A stretch of 58,752 bases of DNA, from the NCBI GenBank assembly GCA_964560795.1, contig CAZLNX010000002.1, positions 1-58,752 on the forward strand, written 5' to 3'. This DNA comes from an uncultured Anaerolineales bacterium (lineage in GTDB: Bacteria > Chloroflexota > Anaerolineae > Anaerolineales > UBA11858). The translations under genes were made by a program, and so were the position numbers. Numbering within the stretch: the stretch's first letter is position 1; each line of letters starts with the position of its first letter. The notes beneath the pieces were generated by a model, which searched no databases, was not told where the DNA came from, and saw only the letters and a program-made list of their open reading frames with translations. Of the stretch, positions 7,292 through 17,674 are shown in pieces.

Positions 7292-9097
7292 ATGACCAAT
7301 CCAACACTAACCGATATTCGCAAGACTCTTTCTGACAAACCGCTGATCGGGCTTTTCCGGCTGATCGGAGATTTCAAATGGATTTATATTGGCGCAGCGT
7401 TGAGCTTAGGGATAGCTGCCGCGGCGCGTTCAGGGACATACTTGCTCCTGGGCCAATTCGCTGACAATGTACTGGGCAATGAAACAGCAGCACAACAATT
7501 GCCGCTGATAGCACTGGCATTTTTAGGTTTGGCCATCGTAACTGGGGCCTTCACCTTCCTTAGTGGAGCGTTGGCCGCGTACACATCCGAAAGCATCGCC
7601 CAACGGCTACGAAATTACATTTATGACCATATCCAGCGCTTGACTTTCACCTACCACGATCAGACGAAGACTGGGGAATTAATCCAGCGCGCAACCTCAG
7701 ATATCGATGCAGTACGGCGCTTTTTTGCCGAACAGGCTATCGGCGCCGGGCGCATCGTCCTGCTGTTTATTGTAAATCTAGCCGCCCTCTTATACTTAAA
7801 TTGGCAGCTAGCGCTCTACTCGATCATCGTGGTGCCCTTTACCATTTTGATGTCATATTTTTTCTTCAAAAGAGTAACCAAGGCATACGAGGCTTACCAA
7901 GAACAAGATGCTGTCCTATCGAACAGATTACAAGAAAATTTGTCCGGGGTTCGAGTGGTCAAAGCCTTCGCTCGTCAGGCGTACGAGCGTGACAAATTCG
8001 ATGTAGAAAACTGGGAGAAGTTCACTCGCGGCCGGCGCTTGCTTCTCATGCACTCGCTCTATTGGCCAATCTCTGACATTCTCACAGGCGGGCAGATGCT
8101 GGCCGGCTTCACAATTGGGGCGATCATGGCGATCAACGGGGACATCTCTGTGGGCACGTATCTCTCGTACGTCGGGATGGTAATCTGGATCATATGGCCT
8201 ATCCGTAACTTGGGGCGCCTGATCGTGCAGATGTCCACGGGGATGGTTTCTTTCACGCGCATCACCGAAGTCATCAAACAAGAACGCGAGCCGCTAGAAG
8301 ATGGCGACTACATCCCTGAGGACTGCGTGCGAGGAGAGTTTGTTTTCGACAATGTGTCTTTTGCTTATGAAGAAGACAGCCCTGTATTACAGGAAATCAG
8401 TTTTCGCAGTGAACCCGGTCAAATCGTAGCTCTAATCGGTTCAACCGGGTCGGGAAAAACAACATTGGCCAACTTGCTGCCACGCTTCTATGAATATACC
8501 GAAGGGAGTATCACCCTGGATGGGGTTGAACTGAAACGCTATCCTCGCAATTATCTTCGCGGACAAATTGGCGTAGTCGAACAAGAGCCTTTCTTGTTCT
8601 CACGCACTATCCGCGAGAATCTCACCTATGGCGTCGATCGTGAGGTTTCTGACGAAGAAGTTATCGCTGCTGCCAAAGCGGCAGCTGTGCATGATTCTAT
8701 CGTCAGCTTCCCTAATGGCTATGACACGCTTGTTGGGGAGAGAGGCGTCACACTCTCCGGCGGACAAAAGCAGCGCGTGGCTATTGCCCGCACAATCGTC
8801 AAAGATCCCTGCATATTGATCTTAGACGACGCCACATCATCCGTAGATATCGAGACCGAAACAGAAATTCGGACAGCCATGGAAAGCATGATGAAAGGGC
8901 GCACTACGTTTATCATCGCCCACCGCATCCAGAGCGTAATGATCGCTGACTTAATTGTCGTGTTAGATCGCGGTCGCATTGTGCAGATGGGCAGCCACGA
9001 TGAACTACTCGCTCAAGATGGCACCTATCGTGAGATCTTTGACATACAGACACGGATCGAGGCAGAGCTAGAACAGGAAATTGCCAGTGTCGGATAG
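7292..9097 (+). CDS. ABC exporter, fused TMD+NBD subunit A of a heterodimer
   Basis: Walker A GSTGSGKT, LSGGQKQR, degenerate Walker B ILILDD; N-terminal TM domain. Confidence 0.93.
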   Translation: MTNPTLTDIRKTLSDKPLIGLFRLIGDFKWIYIGAALSLGIAAAARSGTYLLLGQFADNVLGNETAAQQLPLIALAFLGLAIVTGAFTFLSGALAAYTSESIAQRLRNYIYDHIQRLTFTYHDQTKTGELIQRATSDIDAVRRFFAEQAIGAGRIVLLFIVNLAALLYLNWQLALYSIIVVPFTILMSYFFFKRVTKAYEAYQEQDAVLSNRLQENLSGVRVVKAFARQAYERDKFDVENWEKFTRGRRLLLMHSLYWPISDILTGGQMLAGFTIGAIMAINGDISVGTYLSYVGMVIWIIWPIRNLGRLIVQMSTGMVSFTRITEVIKQEREPLEDGDYIPEDCVRGEFVFDNVSFAYEEDSPVLQEISFRSEPGQIVALIGSTGSGKTTLANLLPRFYEYTEGSITLDGVELKRYPRNYLRGQIGVVEQEPFLFSRTIRENLTYGVDREVSDEEVIAAAKAAAVHDSIVSFPNGYDTLVGERGVTLSGGQKQRVAIARTIVKDPCILILDDATSSVDIETETEIRTAMESMMKGRTTFIIAHRIQSVMIADLIVVLDRGRIVQMGSHDELLAQDGTYREIFDIQTRIEAELEQEIASVG

Positions 9098-9175
9098 GCG
9101 ATAACTGGGGCCGTGAAACAATGAGAAAGCGTACCACCGCAGAGCAGTGGTACGAGTAAATGCAAGAGAGAACTC

Positions 9176-10996
9176 ATGACCACACCTTATTTCGAAGAAG
9201 AAGAATTTTCCACCAAATTTAACGGGCGCACGGTATTGCGCATCCTGAGTCAGGTAAAAACCCACTGGCAATGGATCATCGGTTTTGTCTTGATGATCGC
9301 TCTAGTGTCAATCCTTGATTCGTACTTCACTTTCCTCAGCAAACGCATCATCGATGAGGGCATAGTCCCAGGCAACGTTTCTGCACTAAAAAGCATTATC
9401 ACCCAATACGGATCATTGATATTGTTGCAAGCTGCGGGTGTTTTTGGGTTCATTTATTTGGCAGGTGTCTTAGGGGAACGAGTGCGCTACGACCTGCGTC
9501 AGAAGATGTTCAATCATTTACAAGATCTGTCGCTTTCATACTACAACCGCACTCCAGTTGGCTGGATCATGTCGCGGGTCACATCGGATGCGGAGCGTGT
9601 TGCAGAGTTGGTGACCTGGGGTTTATTGGATATCACCTGGGGCGTGATGAACATCGTCACAGCAACATTTTTCATGATCAAGATCAACTGGCGCCTGGGA
9701 TTGATCGTGATTGCCATCATCCCAATTCTGGTCGTGGTTGCAGGACAATTCAAGAAAAAGATCATCGTCGAGTTCCGCCAGGTGCGCAAGATCAACTCGA
9801 AGATCACCGGCGCGTATAATGAAAATATCACTGGCGTGCGAGTCGTCAAGGCATTCGGTCGCGAAGATCGCAACATGAACGAATTTGGCGAATTGACCAG
9901 CGAGATGTACCAAGCCGGATACCGGGCTGCCTGGCTATCGGCGCTGTTCTTGCCAACTGTGCAAATTATCAGCGCCGTTGCCCTGGGAAGCATCGTTTGG
10001 TATGGCGGGCTGCAAGCCACTGTTGGAAATTTGACTGTGGGCGGTATCCAAGCTTTTGTTTCCTACGTAGTCTTCATGATCTGGCCGATCCAGGAATTAG
10101 CGCGCGTCTACGCCGAGATGCAGCACGCAATCGCATCAGCAGAAAGAATTTTCTCTCTAATTGACGCGGTTCCCGATGTGAAAGATCTACCTGGAGCGAC
10201 AGACCCCGGAAGCATCCGTGGTGATATCAACTTCGATGATGTAACATTCCATTATGATGATGACGATCCAGTTCTAGAAGGCTTCAACCTGCACATCCGC
10301 CAGGGCGAGACGATCGCTCTAGTCGGCCCGACAGGCGGCGGAAAAACTACCATCATCAATTTGCTCGGGCGCTTCTTCGAGCCGACCAAAGGGCGGATTT
10401 TAATTGGGGATCGCGATTATAAAGAGCTAAGCTTGGATGCAATTCAGTCCCGCATTGGCGTTGTGCTGCAAACACCCCACCTATTTTCAGGCACGATTGC
10501 AGAGAATATCCGCTACGGCAAACTCGAGGCTAGCGATAACGAAATCGAACAGGCCGCTATACTAGCCGGTGCGCATGAGTTCATTGCCAATCTTGAAAAA
10601 GGTTATCAAGAAGAGGTCGGCGAAGGGGGCAACTTGCTTTCTGTTGGGCAGAAGCAGCTCATCAGCCTTGCGCGGGCCGTTCTACGTAAGCCAGAAATCT
10701 TCATCATGGATGAAGCAACCAGTTCTGTAGATACGCTGACAGAGGAATCGATCCAAAAGGGCATGGAAAATCTAATGGAAGGGCGCACCAGCTTTGTGAT
10801 CGCCCACCGCCTCTCTACCATTAAACGTGCGGACCGCATACTGGTCATCGAGAGCGGAAAAATCTCAGAAATGGGCACCCACGCCGATCTACTGCGCCAG
10901 CGCGGCCATTATTACCGCCTGTACACATCTCAATTCCGCAGCAAGCTCGAGCGCGAATATCAACCCTTCCAAGCTGCCGCTATCGCCGCAGATTAG
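9176..10996 (+). CDS. ABC exporter, fused TMD+NBD subunit B of a heterodimer
   Basis: Walker A GPTGGGKT, degenerate signature LSVGQ, Walker B FIMDE, IAHRLST. Confidence 0.93.
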   Translation: MTTPYFEEEEFSTKFNGRTVLRILSQVKTHWQWIIGFVLMIALVSILDSYFTFLSKRIIDEGIVPGNVSALKSIITQYGSLILLQAAGVFGFIYLAGVLGERVRYDLRQKMFNHLQDLSLSYYNRTPVGWIMSRVTSDAERVAELVTWGLLDITWGVMNIVTATFFMIKINWRLGLIVIAIIPILVVVAGQFKKKIIVEFRQVRKINSKITGAYNENITGVRVVKAFGREDRNMNEFGELTSEMYQAGYRAAWLSALFLPTVQIISAVALGSIVWYGGLQATVGNLTVGGIQAFVSYVVFMIWPIQELARVYAEMQHAIASAERIFSLIDAVPDVKDLPGATDPGSIRGDINFDDVTFHYDDDDPVLEGFNLHIRQGETIALVGPTGGGKTTIINLLGRFFEPTKGRILIGDRDYKELSLDAIQSRIGVVLQTPHLFSGTIAENIRYGKLEASDNEIEQAAILAGAHEFIANLEKGYQEEVGEGGNLLSVGQKQLISLARAVLRKPEIFIMDEATSSVDTLTEESIQKGMENLMEGRTSFVIAHRLSTIKRADRILVIESGKISEMGTHADLLRQRGHYYRLYTSQFRSKLEREYQPFQAAAIAAD

Positions 10997-11079
10997 GGTA
11001 TAGTTAAGGGTAATAAGGCGTATCACATTGCAAACTGCCCAACTAGGTTGGGCATTCCCTTAGAAACAAAGAGGCCATC

Positions 11080-12372
11080 ATGAACGCTAAATCATCAAAT
11101 CGCTGGGTCGTTGTCGCAATCTTCGCCTTCTTCATGCTGCTTCATCAATCAGACAAGCTGCTGATTGGGCCGCTGACCCCGAATATCATCGCTGAGTTTG
11201 GAATCTCCAAAACGCAGATGGGGGCAGTCTTGACCGGAGCGTTGATCGTTGGGACCGTGCTGTACCCATTGTGGGGCTATCTATACGACCGTTTCGCGAG
11301 AGCGAAACTATTGGCGCTGGCATCATTTATTTGGGGATCGACCACCTGGCTGAGTGCCATCGTTCGTACGTATCCCGGATTTTTAGCTACGCGCGCATCC
11401 ACAGGAATTGACGACTCATCCTACCCCGGGTTGTACAGCCTGATCGCTGATTATTTTGGCCCGAACCTGCGCGGCAAGATCTATGGCATATTGCAGCTCA
11501 CGCAACCCATCGGATATCTGCTAGGCATGATCCTGGCCCTGATGCTAGCCCCAAGCATCGGTTGGCGCTCAGTGTTCTACATCACGGGCGGGTTGGGCAT
11601 TCTGCTAGCGATTTTGATCTTCTTCTTCGTCAAAGAAGTACCCCGCGGCCAGGCTGAACCTGAGCTTGAAGATATCGAAATGACCGGGCAGTACCGCTTC
11701 TCGTGGGAACAGGCCAAAGCCGTTTTGAAAAAACGCACCATGTGGTTCATCTTCCTGCAGGGCTTCGCCGGTGTCTTCCCCTGGAATGTGATCACGTACT
11801 GGTTCTTCACCTACCTAGCCGAGGAGCGCGGCTATGATGAGAACAGCATTTTGTTCACTATGGCGCCCATCATCCTGGTTTTGGCTGGAGGATACTTCGT
11901 CGGCGGCGCTGCTGGGGATTGGCTTTTCAAACGCACGCTCAAAGGGCGCGTGATTGTATCCAGTGTTGGTGTTTTGCTAGGTGCGATTTTCCTGTTCTTT
12001 GCGCTGAACACGCCCATTGATGCAAGAACATCGTTCTTCATCTTCATGATCCTGACTGCGCTCTTCATGCCCTTCTCATCCCCCAACGTGATCTCCACAG
12101 TTCAAGATATCACTGCTCCCGAAGTGCGCAGCACGGCTCTGGCCATCGAATATTTCATCGAGAACAGCGGTGCAGCTCTGGCTCCACTGCTAGCCGGTAT
12201 CATTGCAGATGCACTAAACTTACGAATAGCAATCCTGGTAATCTGTACCATTGCCTGGGTATTGTGCTTCTTCATATACCTGGGAGCACTCAAATTCATC
12301 GATGGGGATATTCTTTCTCTGAGAGCTGAACTAACCCAACGAGCGAAGCTGGAAAAACGGCCGGCTGCCTAA
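11080..12372 (+). CDS. MFS transporter
   Basis: WGYLYDRFARAK motif A, IADYFGPNLRG, APEVRST; 12 TM-like segments; GAGG SD. Confidence 0.9.
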   Translation: MNAKSSNRWVVVAIFAFFMLLHQSDKLLIGPLTPNIIAEFGISKTQMGAVLTGALIVGTVLYPLWGYLYDRFARAKLLALASFIWGSTTWLSAIVRTYPGFLATRASTGIDDSSYPGLYSLIADYFGPNLRGKIYGILQLTQPIGYLLGMILALMLAPSIGWRSVFYITGGLGILLAILIFFFVKEVPRGQAEPELEDIEMTGQYRFSWEQAKAVLKKRTMWFIFLQGFAGVFPWNVITYWFFTYLAEERGYDENSILFTMAPIILVLAGGYFVGGAAGDWLFKRTLKGRVIVSSVGVLLGAIFLFFALNTPIDARTSFFIFMILTALFMPFSSPNVISTVQDITAPEVRSTALAIEYFIENSGAALAPLLAGIIADALNLRIAILVICTIAWVLCFFIYLGALKFIDGDILSLRAELTQRAKLEKRPAA

Positions 12373-12394
12373 TTCGATATAGTCAGAAGAATCA

Positions 12395-12440
12395 AAAAGC
12401 CCTGCGAATGCTGATCAGCATTCGCAGGGCTTTTATTTTT
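12395..12440. terminator. Bidirectional intrinsic terminator (perfect 40-bp palindrome, 12395-12434)
   Basis: AAAAGCCCTGCGAATGCTGA|TCAGCATTCGCAGGGCTTTT between convergent genes, with A and T tracts on either side. Confidence 0.85.
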
Positions 12441-12455
12441 CCAGAAACATCGAGA

Positions 12456-13583
12456 TTAGAGTTTTGTCAATATCTTAAACCCTAATCCAATGAAGCGTGG
12501 CTGCAGAAATGGCAATTTCCAAAAAGCGCCTGCCATTTCGTCTCGATTGTGCATTCCCAAAAAGTTGATCACATTTTCATTGATTGAATCAACCAGAATA
12601 TCATACCCTTGGTTGTCCAGACGCTCAAGCAAAAATCGAATTAACCAGTGCAAATCTAATTCGCGTTTAAGTGGACGTAATTTGTTGGAATAGCCGGAGC
12701 CATTCATTAATGAATTTGCTGCGGCTTGAGCGCCCCAAAAGCCAGTCACAGTCCCCCCCACTGTCGTTACTTTTACTTGACCAGCAGCATCACCAACAAG
12801 GATCACAGGAATACCGCCAACTTCGCCCCAAGGTTTTAGGCCTGGCTGATGCATTGCAGCTTGTCCAGCCTGATATCTCAACAATTCAAATGAGAACTTA
12901 TCTAAAAAGCGATCCAGAACCTCCCGCGCATCGGATCGTTCATTGGCGATCAAGCCTACAACTGCCCGGTCTTCCGACTCAGGAATCAACCAATAAAAGA
13001 AGCGTGTTTCATCAACATCAAACCACACTTTTGTGACCGCAGGATCCCACCCTTCTGGCAAGCGGATCTCAGCTTGCGTCAAGGGCACCGTTGCCGGAAG
13101 TTTAATGCCCGCTTCTTCGGCAACTTTACTAAATGCACCATCGGCACCTATCACCGCGTTTGCTCGTACTCGAACCTCTCCACTTTCAGAGTTATTTAGA
13201 ACCAACTCGGTAGAATTCCCATTCTGCTCAAACCGAATGAAACGTGCTCCATAATGGATCTCAACGCCAGACTCTTCTGCCTTTTTGCGCAAATAGTTGA
13301 TCAATTGATTCCGCTCGACAACTAGATCTGGCTCACGCAAAGGGATATCTACAACGGCAGATGATGTTTCAACTGCCATGGTTTTAATTCGGTGGAGGAT
13401 CAAGTCTTCAGGAACACCCCCAAATACATTATCCAAATGAGGTGTAATAATATACGTGCGTCTGGCTGGGTTTAGTTCTTTTTGTCTCTCAAAAACACCA
13501 ACGCGAAAGCCATTTCTGGCCAAAGTATCAGCAACAAATAATCCTGACGAAGAAGCACCGACAACAACGATATCAAACTCCAA
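12456..13583 (-). CDS. Geranylgeranyl reductase family FAD-dependent oxidoreductase
   Basis: DIVVVGASSSG Rossmann start, VIGADGAFS, FFYWLIP, LVGDAAGQVKVTTVGG; GGAGG SD before TTG. Confidence 0.8.
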   Translation of the reverse strand: MEFDIVVVGASSSGLFVADTLARNGFRVGVFERQKELNPARRTYIITPHLDNVFGGVPEDLILHRIKTMAVETSSAVVDIPLREPDLVVERNQLINYLRKKAEESGVEIHYGARFIRFEQNGNSTELVLNNSESGEVRVRANAVIGADGAFSKVAEEAGIKLPATVPLTQAEIRLPEGWDPAVTKVWFDVDETRFFYWLIPESEDRAVVGLIANERSDAREVLDRFLDKFSFELLRYQAGQAAMHQPGLKPWGEVGGIPVILVGDAAGQVKVTTVGGTVTGFWGAQAAANSLMNGSGYSNKLRPLKRELDLHWLIRFLLERLDNQGYDILVDSINENVINFLGMHNRDEMAGAFWKLPFLQPRFIGLGFKILTKL

Positions 13584-13718
13584 AGCAACCTCCGTATAAA
13601 CTAGTGATTATCGCCAAAGCGGCGCATATTGTACCTTAAACAAGATATCCCCATAAGGGGACTATCTAGAAAAATGTATCTGATCAGTTTAGAGTGATTA
13701 TTAGGTATGATAGTACAA

Positions 13719-14846
13719 TCAACTCATTAATTGGGAATAATGCTTCATTATATTGTCAGCGACCTTCGGCCAAGCAAATTCATTTTTCATCCAATTGCGA
13801 CCTCGTTTCCCCATTTCACGGAGTGGCATATTGTCGATATCCCTGATTCCCTGTGCTAAACTGTCAGGAGTATTATCTATCCACAAACCACAATTCATTT
13901 CTTCCAGCCGCGACCACGGGGTATGCCTACTCGCTATTACTGGAACTCCAAATGCTAACGCTTCAGCTACAACATTGCCAAAGCTTTCAAAAAATGAGGG
14001 AAGAACTAAAACGTCTGATTTTCCCATCAACGCCCATTTTTCCTCTCCAGTCACTAATCCCGCCATTTCAACATGATCCGAAAGTTTGCGGATTAGAATT
14101 TCATTTTCAAGTTCTTTTGTGTATCCACGATCCCCTTCACCCGCGATGACTAGATCAAACTGGAGGGAAGACTGCGTCAAAATTTCACAAGCAGCCAACA
14201 ACTGACTGATGCCTTTCTTTGGGTGTAAGCGACCTAAATACAGAAGCCGCAACTTTCTATTTCGAGGGAATAGTTGAGGTATATCGGGGATAGTAACTCC
14301 ATTCGGAATAAGAACAATGTCGTGATTAGGGAACGCCAAACTTGTATCTTTTTCTTCAACGCGCGACGCAACTTGTATTAGCAATTTTTCTGGAGCTACG
14401 CGTTGGCAAACATAATTCCATATTTTTTTCAAACTGGGTTTAGATCGACCAGGAAATTGAAGCAGGGAGCCATGCGGCGACCAAACCACTGGTCGTCCAA
14501 TTAGCTTCGACAACAGAAGTGTTGGGGGTGTTGGAGATGAATATATCATGGTCAAGTGAACAATATCTGCCCAGCGAATATATTCAGGAAGATGTTTAAA
14601 TAAACTGGGAGATGTAGTTCCACGCCATCTATTGCAATACCGGACGAAAAATTTGTTGGCAATCTCAATATCTTGTTTGCTGTCTACTTCGAGTGTTTGA
14701 GAACCGCCGTTTGCATCCGTTGTTAATGCTCGAATTTCCGCCCCCCGATCTATCGAATGTTTACAAAGTTGATATGCTGTCTCTATTGGTCCCCCATAAA
14801 CATACGCAGGATGAAAATAAGGAGCTACATGCAATATCTTCAACAT
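13719..14846 (-). CDS. Glycosyltransferase family 4
   Basis: YGGP, YLGRLHPKKG, ESFGNVVAEALA (EX7E). Confidence 0.92.
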   Translation of the reverse strand: MLKILHVAPYFHPAYVYGGPIETAYQLCKHSIDRGAEIRALTTDANGGSQTLEVDSKQDIEIANKFFVRYCNRWRGTTSPSLFKHLPEYIRWADIVHLTMIYSSPTPPTLLLSKLIGRPVVWSPHGSLLQFPGRSKPSLKKIWNYVCQRVAPEKLLIQVASRVEEKDTSLAFPNHDIVLIPNGVTIPDIPQLFPRNRKLRLLYLGRLHPKKGISQLLAACEILTQSSLQFDLVIAGEGDRGYTKELENEILIRKLSDHVEMAGLVTGEEKWALMGKSDVLVLPSFFESFGNVVAEALAFGVPVIASRHTPWSRLEEMNCGLWIDNTPDSLAQGIRDIDNMPLREMGKRGRNWMKNEFAWPKVADNIMKHYSQLMS

Positions 14847-14891
14847 AGTATAAATAACAAATCAGTGGGAGATTGCTGAATTTTTTCTATT

Positions 14892-16382
14892 CTATCGACC
14901 ACCTAAGGACAATGCATCAAGAAATGTTTGCCCCAGAATAACAAAATCCAACCACAACGATTGATGCTTAATATAATACAGGTCGTACTGTAATTTGACC
15001 AAAGCATCTTGCTTTGAATCGCCATAACCCTGATTGACTAACCCCCAACCGGCCATTCCAGGTTTAATAGCATGGCGAACACGATAAAAGGGTATCTCTG
15101 TGATCAAATCTTCTACAAACTCTGGTCGTTCAGGGCGTGGTCCAACAACGCTCATTTCACCCTTTAGTATATTCAAAAATTGAGGGAACTCATCGATGTG
15201 CATTTTGCGGAGAAATTTCCCCACGCGCGTCACACGGGCATCGTTTCTTTCAGCCCAAACAGCGCCATCCTTCTCAGCATCAATAACCATCGAGCGGAAT
15301 TTGTAAACCTTGAAAATTTTTCCGTAGCGACCGACACGTTGTTGAGAATAAAATATCGGGCCCGGCGAGTCGATATAGATGGCAAGCGCGATAATGGGAA
15401 AAAAGAGGATCAAAAAGGCCAAGCCGAGTCCAGCCCAAACAACGTCGAAAATTCTTTTCCCTAAGTGCCAGAAAGCTCTTGTTCCAGGATGTTCGATGGG
15501 CATAGACACGCTCCAATGCTCACCGACATGCTCTACAGGAACCTTTCCTGTAAGTTGTTCATATAAAACTGGCATGGGCATGATTTCCACGCCATGTTGC
15601 AAGCTATCCGTTAATATCTGTAATAGCTCACCACCTACATTATGAGTAATTGCAAGCACAATCGTTGATATCCTGTATTCGGAAATCGCGCTCATGAGCT
15701 CTCCCCGATTGCCCAGCACTGCCAGCCGTATTGGGTCTGGTAATAAATCCCCGCTATCGCTATGTGCAATCTCGACTAGTTGATCACGTTTAGTAGGATC
15801 ATCGTCGATAAACCCAGCTACTTCGTACAAACTTTCGCCATGTTCATGAATTGCTTTCAAAATCGTACGTCCCGCCCATCCGGCACCGATAATCAATATC
15901 CGCCGCCGAAATATTGGTTTAGCGAATACGAACAGATACAAACCACGCCCAATCATCAAGAAGAGAACTGGCAAAAGAATTCCCACAAATAAGGGTAAGC
16001 GTGATGGAGGAAGCCTAGGAGGCAAATAAGGAATGAACGGATAGATACCTGTTGTCAAAAGACTGGCTTGTAAGGAAGAAGCAAAGGCAGTCCGTGCACT
16101 CCCGGCTTTCTCAACATCGTACACCCGAAACAAATATCCAAAAAACAGCCAAAGTACAGTTAACAACACGTACCATTGAACACGCTCCGCAGTCGAATTC
16201 CATTGAAATGGCATATCGGGCCTGAGCAGTAACGATATATAAAAGGCCCCATTTAGCGCTACAATATCTAGGAATACTAAAATCCAGCGCCGCTCTCTAA
16301 CGGAAATGGACAGGTCGATTAAGGATAAGTGATCTTTCTTTTTTTCTGGGTGCATACGTTTAAAATTCAACCCATTTGTCAC
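14892..16382 (-). CDS. Priming polyprenyl-phosphate sugar phosphotransferase (WcaJ/WbaP-like)
   Basis: N-terminal TMs, IIGAGWAG, KRIFD, KFRSM, DEFPQ, GEMSVVGPRPE, KPGMAGW, YDLYY. Confidence 0.93.
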   Translation of the reverse strand: MTNGLNFKRMHPEKKKDHLSLIDLSISVRERRWILVFLDIVALNGAFYISLLLRPDMPFQWNSTAERVQWYVLLTVLWLFFGYLFRVYDVEKAGSARTAFASSLQASLLTTGIYPFIPYLPPRLPPSRLPLFVGILLPVLFLMIGRGLYLFVFAKPIFRRRILIIGAGWAGRTILKAIHEHGESLYEVAGFIDDDPTKRDQLVEIAHSDSGDLLPDPIRLAVLGNRGELMSAISEYRISTIVLAITHNVGGELLQILTDSLQHGVEIMPMPVLYEQLTGKVPVEHVGEHWSVSMPIEHPGTRAFWHLGKRIFDVVWAGLGLAFLILFFPIIALAIYIDSPGPIFYSQQRVGRYGKIFKVYKFRSMVIDAEKDGAVWAERNDARVTRVGKFLRKMHIDEFPQFLNILKGEMSVVGPRPERPEFVEDLITEIPFYRVRHAIKPGMAGWGLVNQGYGDSKQDALVKLQYDLYYIKHQSLWLDFVILGQTFLDALSLGGR

Positions 16383-17617
16383 AACTGAGTATATATTTCC
16401 TCTAACAAACTATGGTATTGTTCCCCGATTATATCGCGGGTGAAGTGACTGGTTACAAAGCGCCGCCCATTACCCCCTAACGAATTTCGCAAGTCTGGCT
16501 CGTTATACAATTGCATTATTGCTTCATACACCGCCTGAGGGTCTTCTGGAGGAACGTTCATCCCACACTCTGCTTCTGCGATTAGCTTTCCAATATCGCT
16601 GCCTACATCCACTGATGCAACGACGGGGCGAGAGCTAGCCATTATTGTATAAAGCTTTGACGGCATGGAATCTAATGCAATACCACTTCTAAGAGTAATA
16701 AGAGAAATATCAGCTGCGGCAAAAATTAGAGGGACCATTTCCCGAGGTTGAAAAGGAATGAAATCCACATTGTATAGATTGAGTTCTCTGCTTTTGGTTT
16801 TTAATATACTTTCTCTAGAACCATTACCTACTATTACAAATTGAACTTGATCGTATCCATCAGCTTGAATTTTGCTCGCCGCTAACAATACATGTTCGAG
16901 GTTTTGCGAATGCCCAAGATTTCCAGCATAAATGACAAGGAATTTGTCCTTGAAATCGAATTGATCACGAAATCGGTTTTCACGAGGCATAAGACGAACA
17001 AAATCCACATCTATAAAATTCGGGATTACAGTGATTTTTCGAGAGGGAACTCCTTTATCCAATAGATTTTTTCGAAATCCTTCAGACAATACAGTAATAT
17101 GCGTTGCCCAGCGGTAGACAAAGCTCTCCAACCAGCGAGAAAATATGATTCCCAGCGGGTTTTTGAGAATCCCCAATTTGATCAGAACATCCGGATTAAT
17201 ATCTTGCACATTATAAACATAGGGGATACGTTTGAATAATCCAATAATGAACGCTGAAAACCCTATTGTCAATGGAGGCGAAGGAGCTAGAATCAGATCT
17301 TGTGGTCCAGAGAATATTCCAACTAAGGTCGATAACAAATTGAAAGAAACATAGTTCAATAGTCGCACCCAAAACCGTTCTTTCATTGGTGAGGTATATA
17401 GATACGTGCGTAAGATCTTGATATTCTTGCGAGCTTCTCGATGGATTATTTTCCCTTTATATTCCTCACTCACGATATTGCCAGCATAATGAGGAAATGC
17501 GGTCACCACAGTAAGGTCGTGACCTCTTGCTGCTAGTTCTTCCGCCAGCTCAGTCATAATCACTGCATTGGCAGCAACATCTGGATCAAAGTAAAGGGTT
17601 AACAACAATATCCGCAT
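16379..17617 (-). CDS. Glycosyltransferase family 4 (WbuB/WcaI-like)
   Basis: YFDPD, VTAFPHY, SPPL, QDINPD, YAGNLGHSQ, PSKLY. Confidence 0.9.
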   Translation of the reverse strand: MRILLLTLYFDPDVAANAVIMTELAEELAARGHDLTVVTAFPHYAGNIVSEEYKGKIIHREARKNIKILRTYLYTSPMKERFWVRLLNYVSFNLLSTLVGIFSGPQDLILAPSPPLTIGFSAFIIGLFKRIPYVYNVQDINPDVLIKLGILKNPLGIIFSRWLESFVYRWATHITVLSEGFRKNLLDKGVPSRKITVIPNFIDVDFVRLMPRENRFRDQFDFKDKFLVIYAGNLGHSQNLEHVLLAASKIQADGYDQVQFVIVGNGSRESILKTKSRELNLYNVDFIPFQPREMVPLIFAAADISLITLRSGIALDSMPSKLYTIMASSRPVVASVDVGSDIGKLIAEAECGMNVPPEDPQAVYEAIMQLYNEPDLRNSLGGNGRRFVTSHFTRDIIGEQYHSLLEEIYTQL

Positions 17618-17674
17618 AAAAAAATAATTTGAGAGATGACAATTTATTGATCAACAAAAAAATTGAAAGATCGA

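Noticed and set aside
7292-10996. Degenerate Walker B and signature motifs as signs of pseudogenisation
   Set aside because: This is the normal asymmetric pattern of heterodimeric ABC exporters.
11036-11054. Hairpin TGCCCAAC-TAG-GTTGGGCA upstream of the MFS gene
   Set aside because: No U-tract or recognisable riboswitch context; function cannot be supported.
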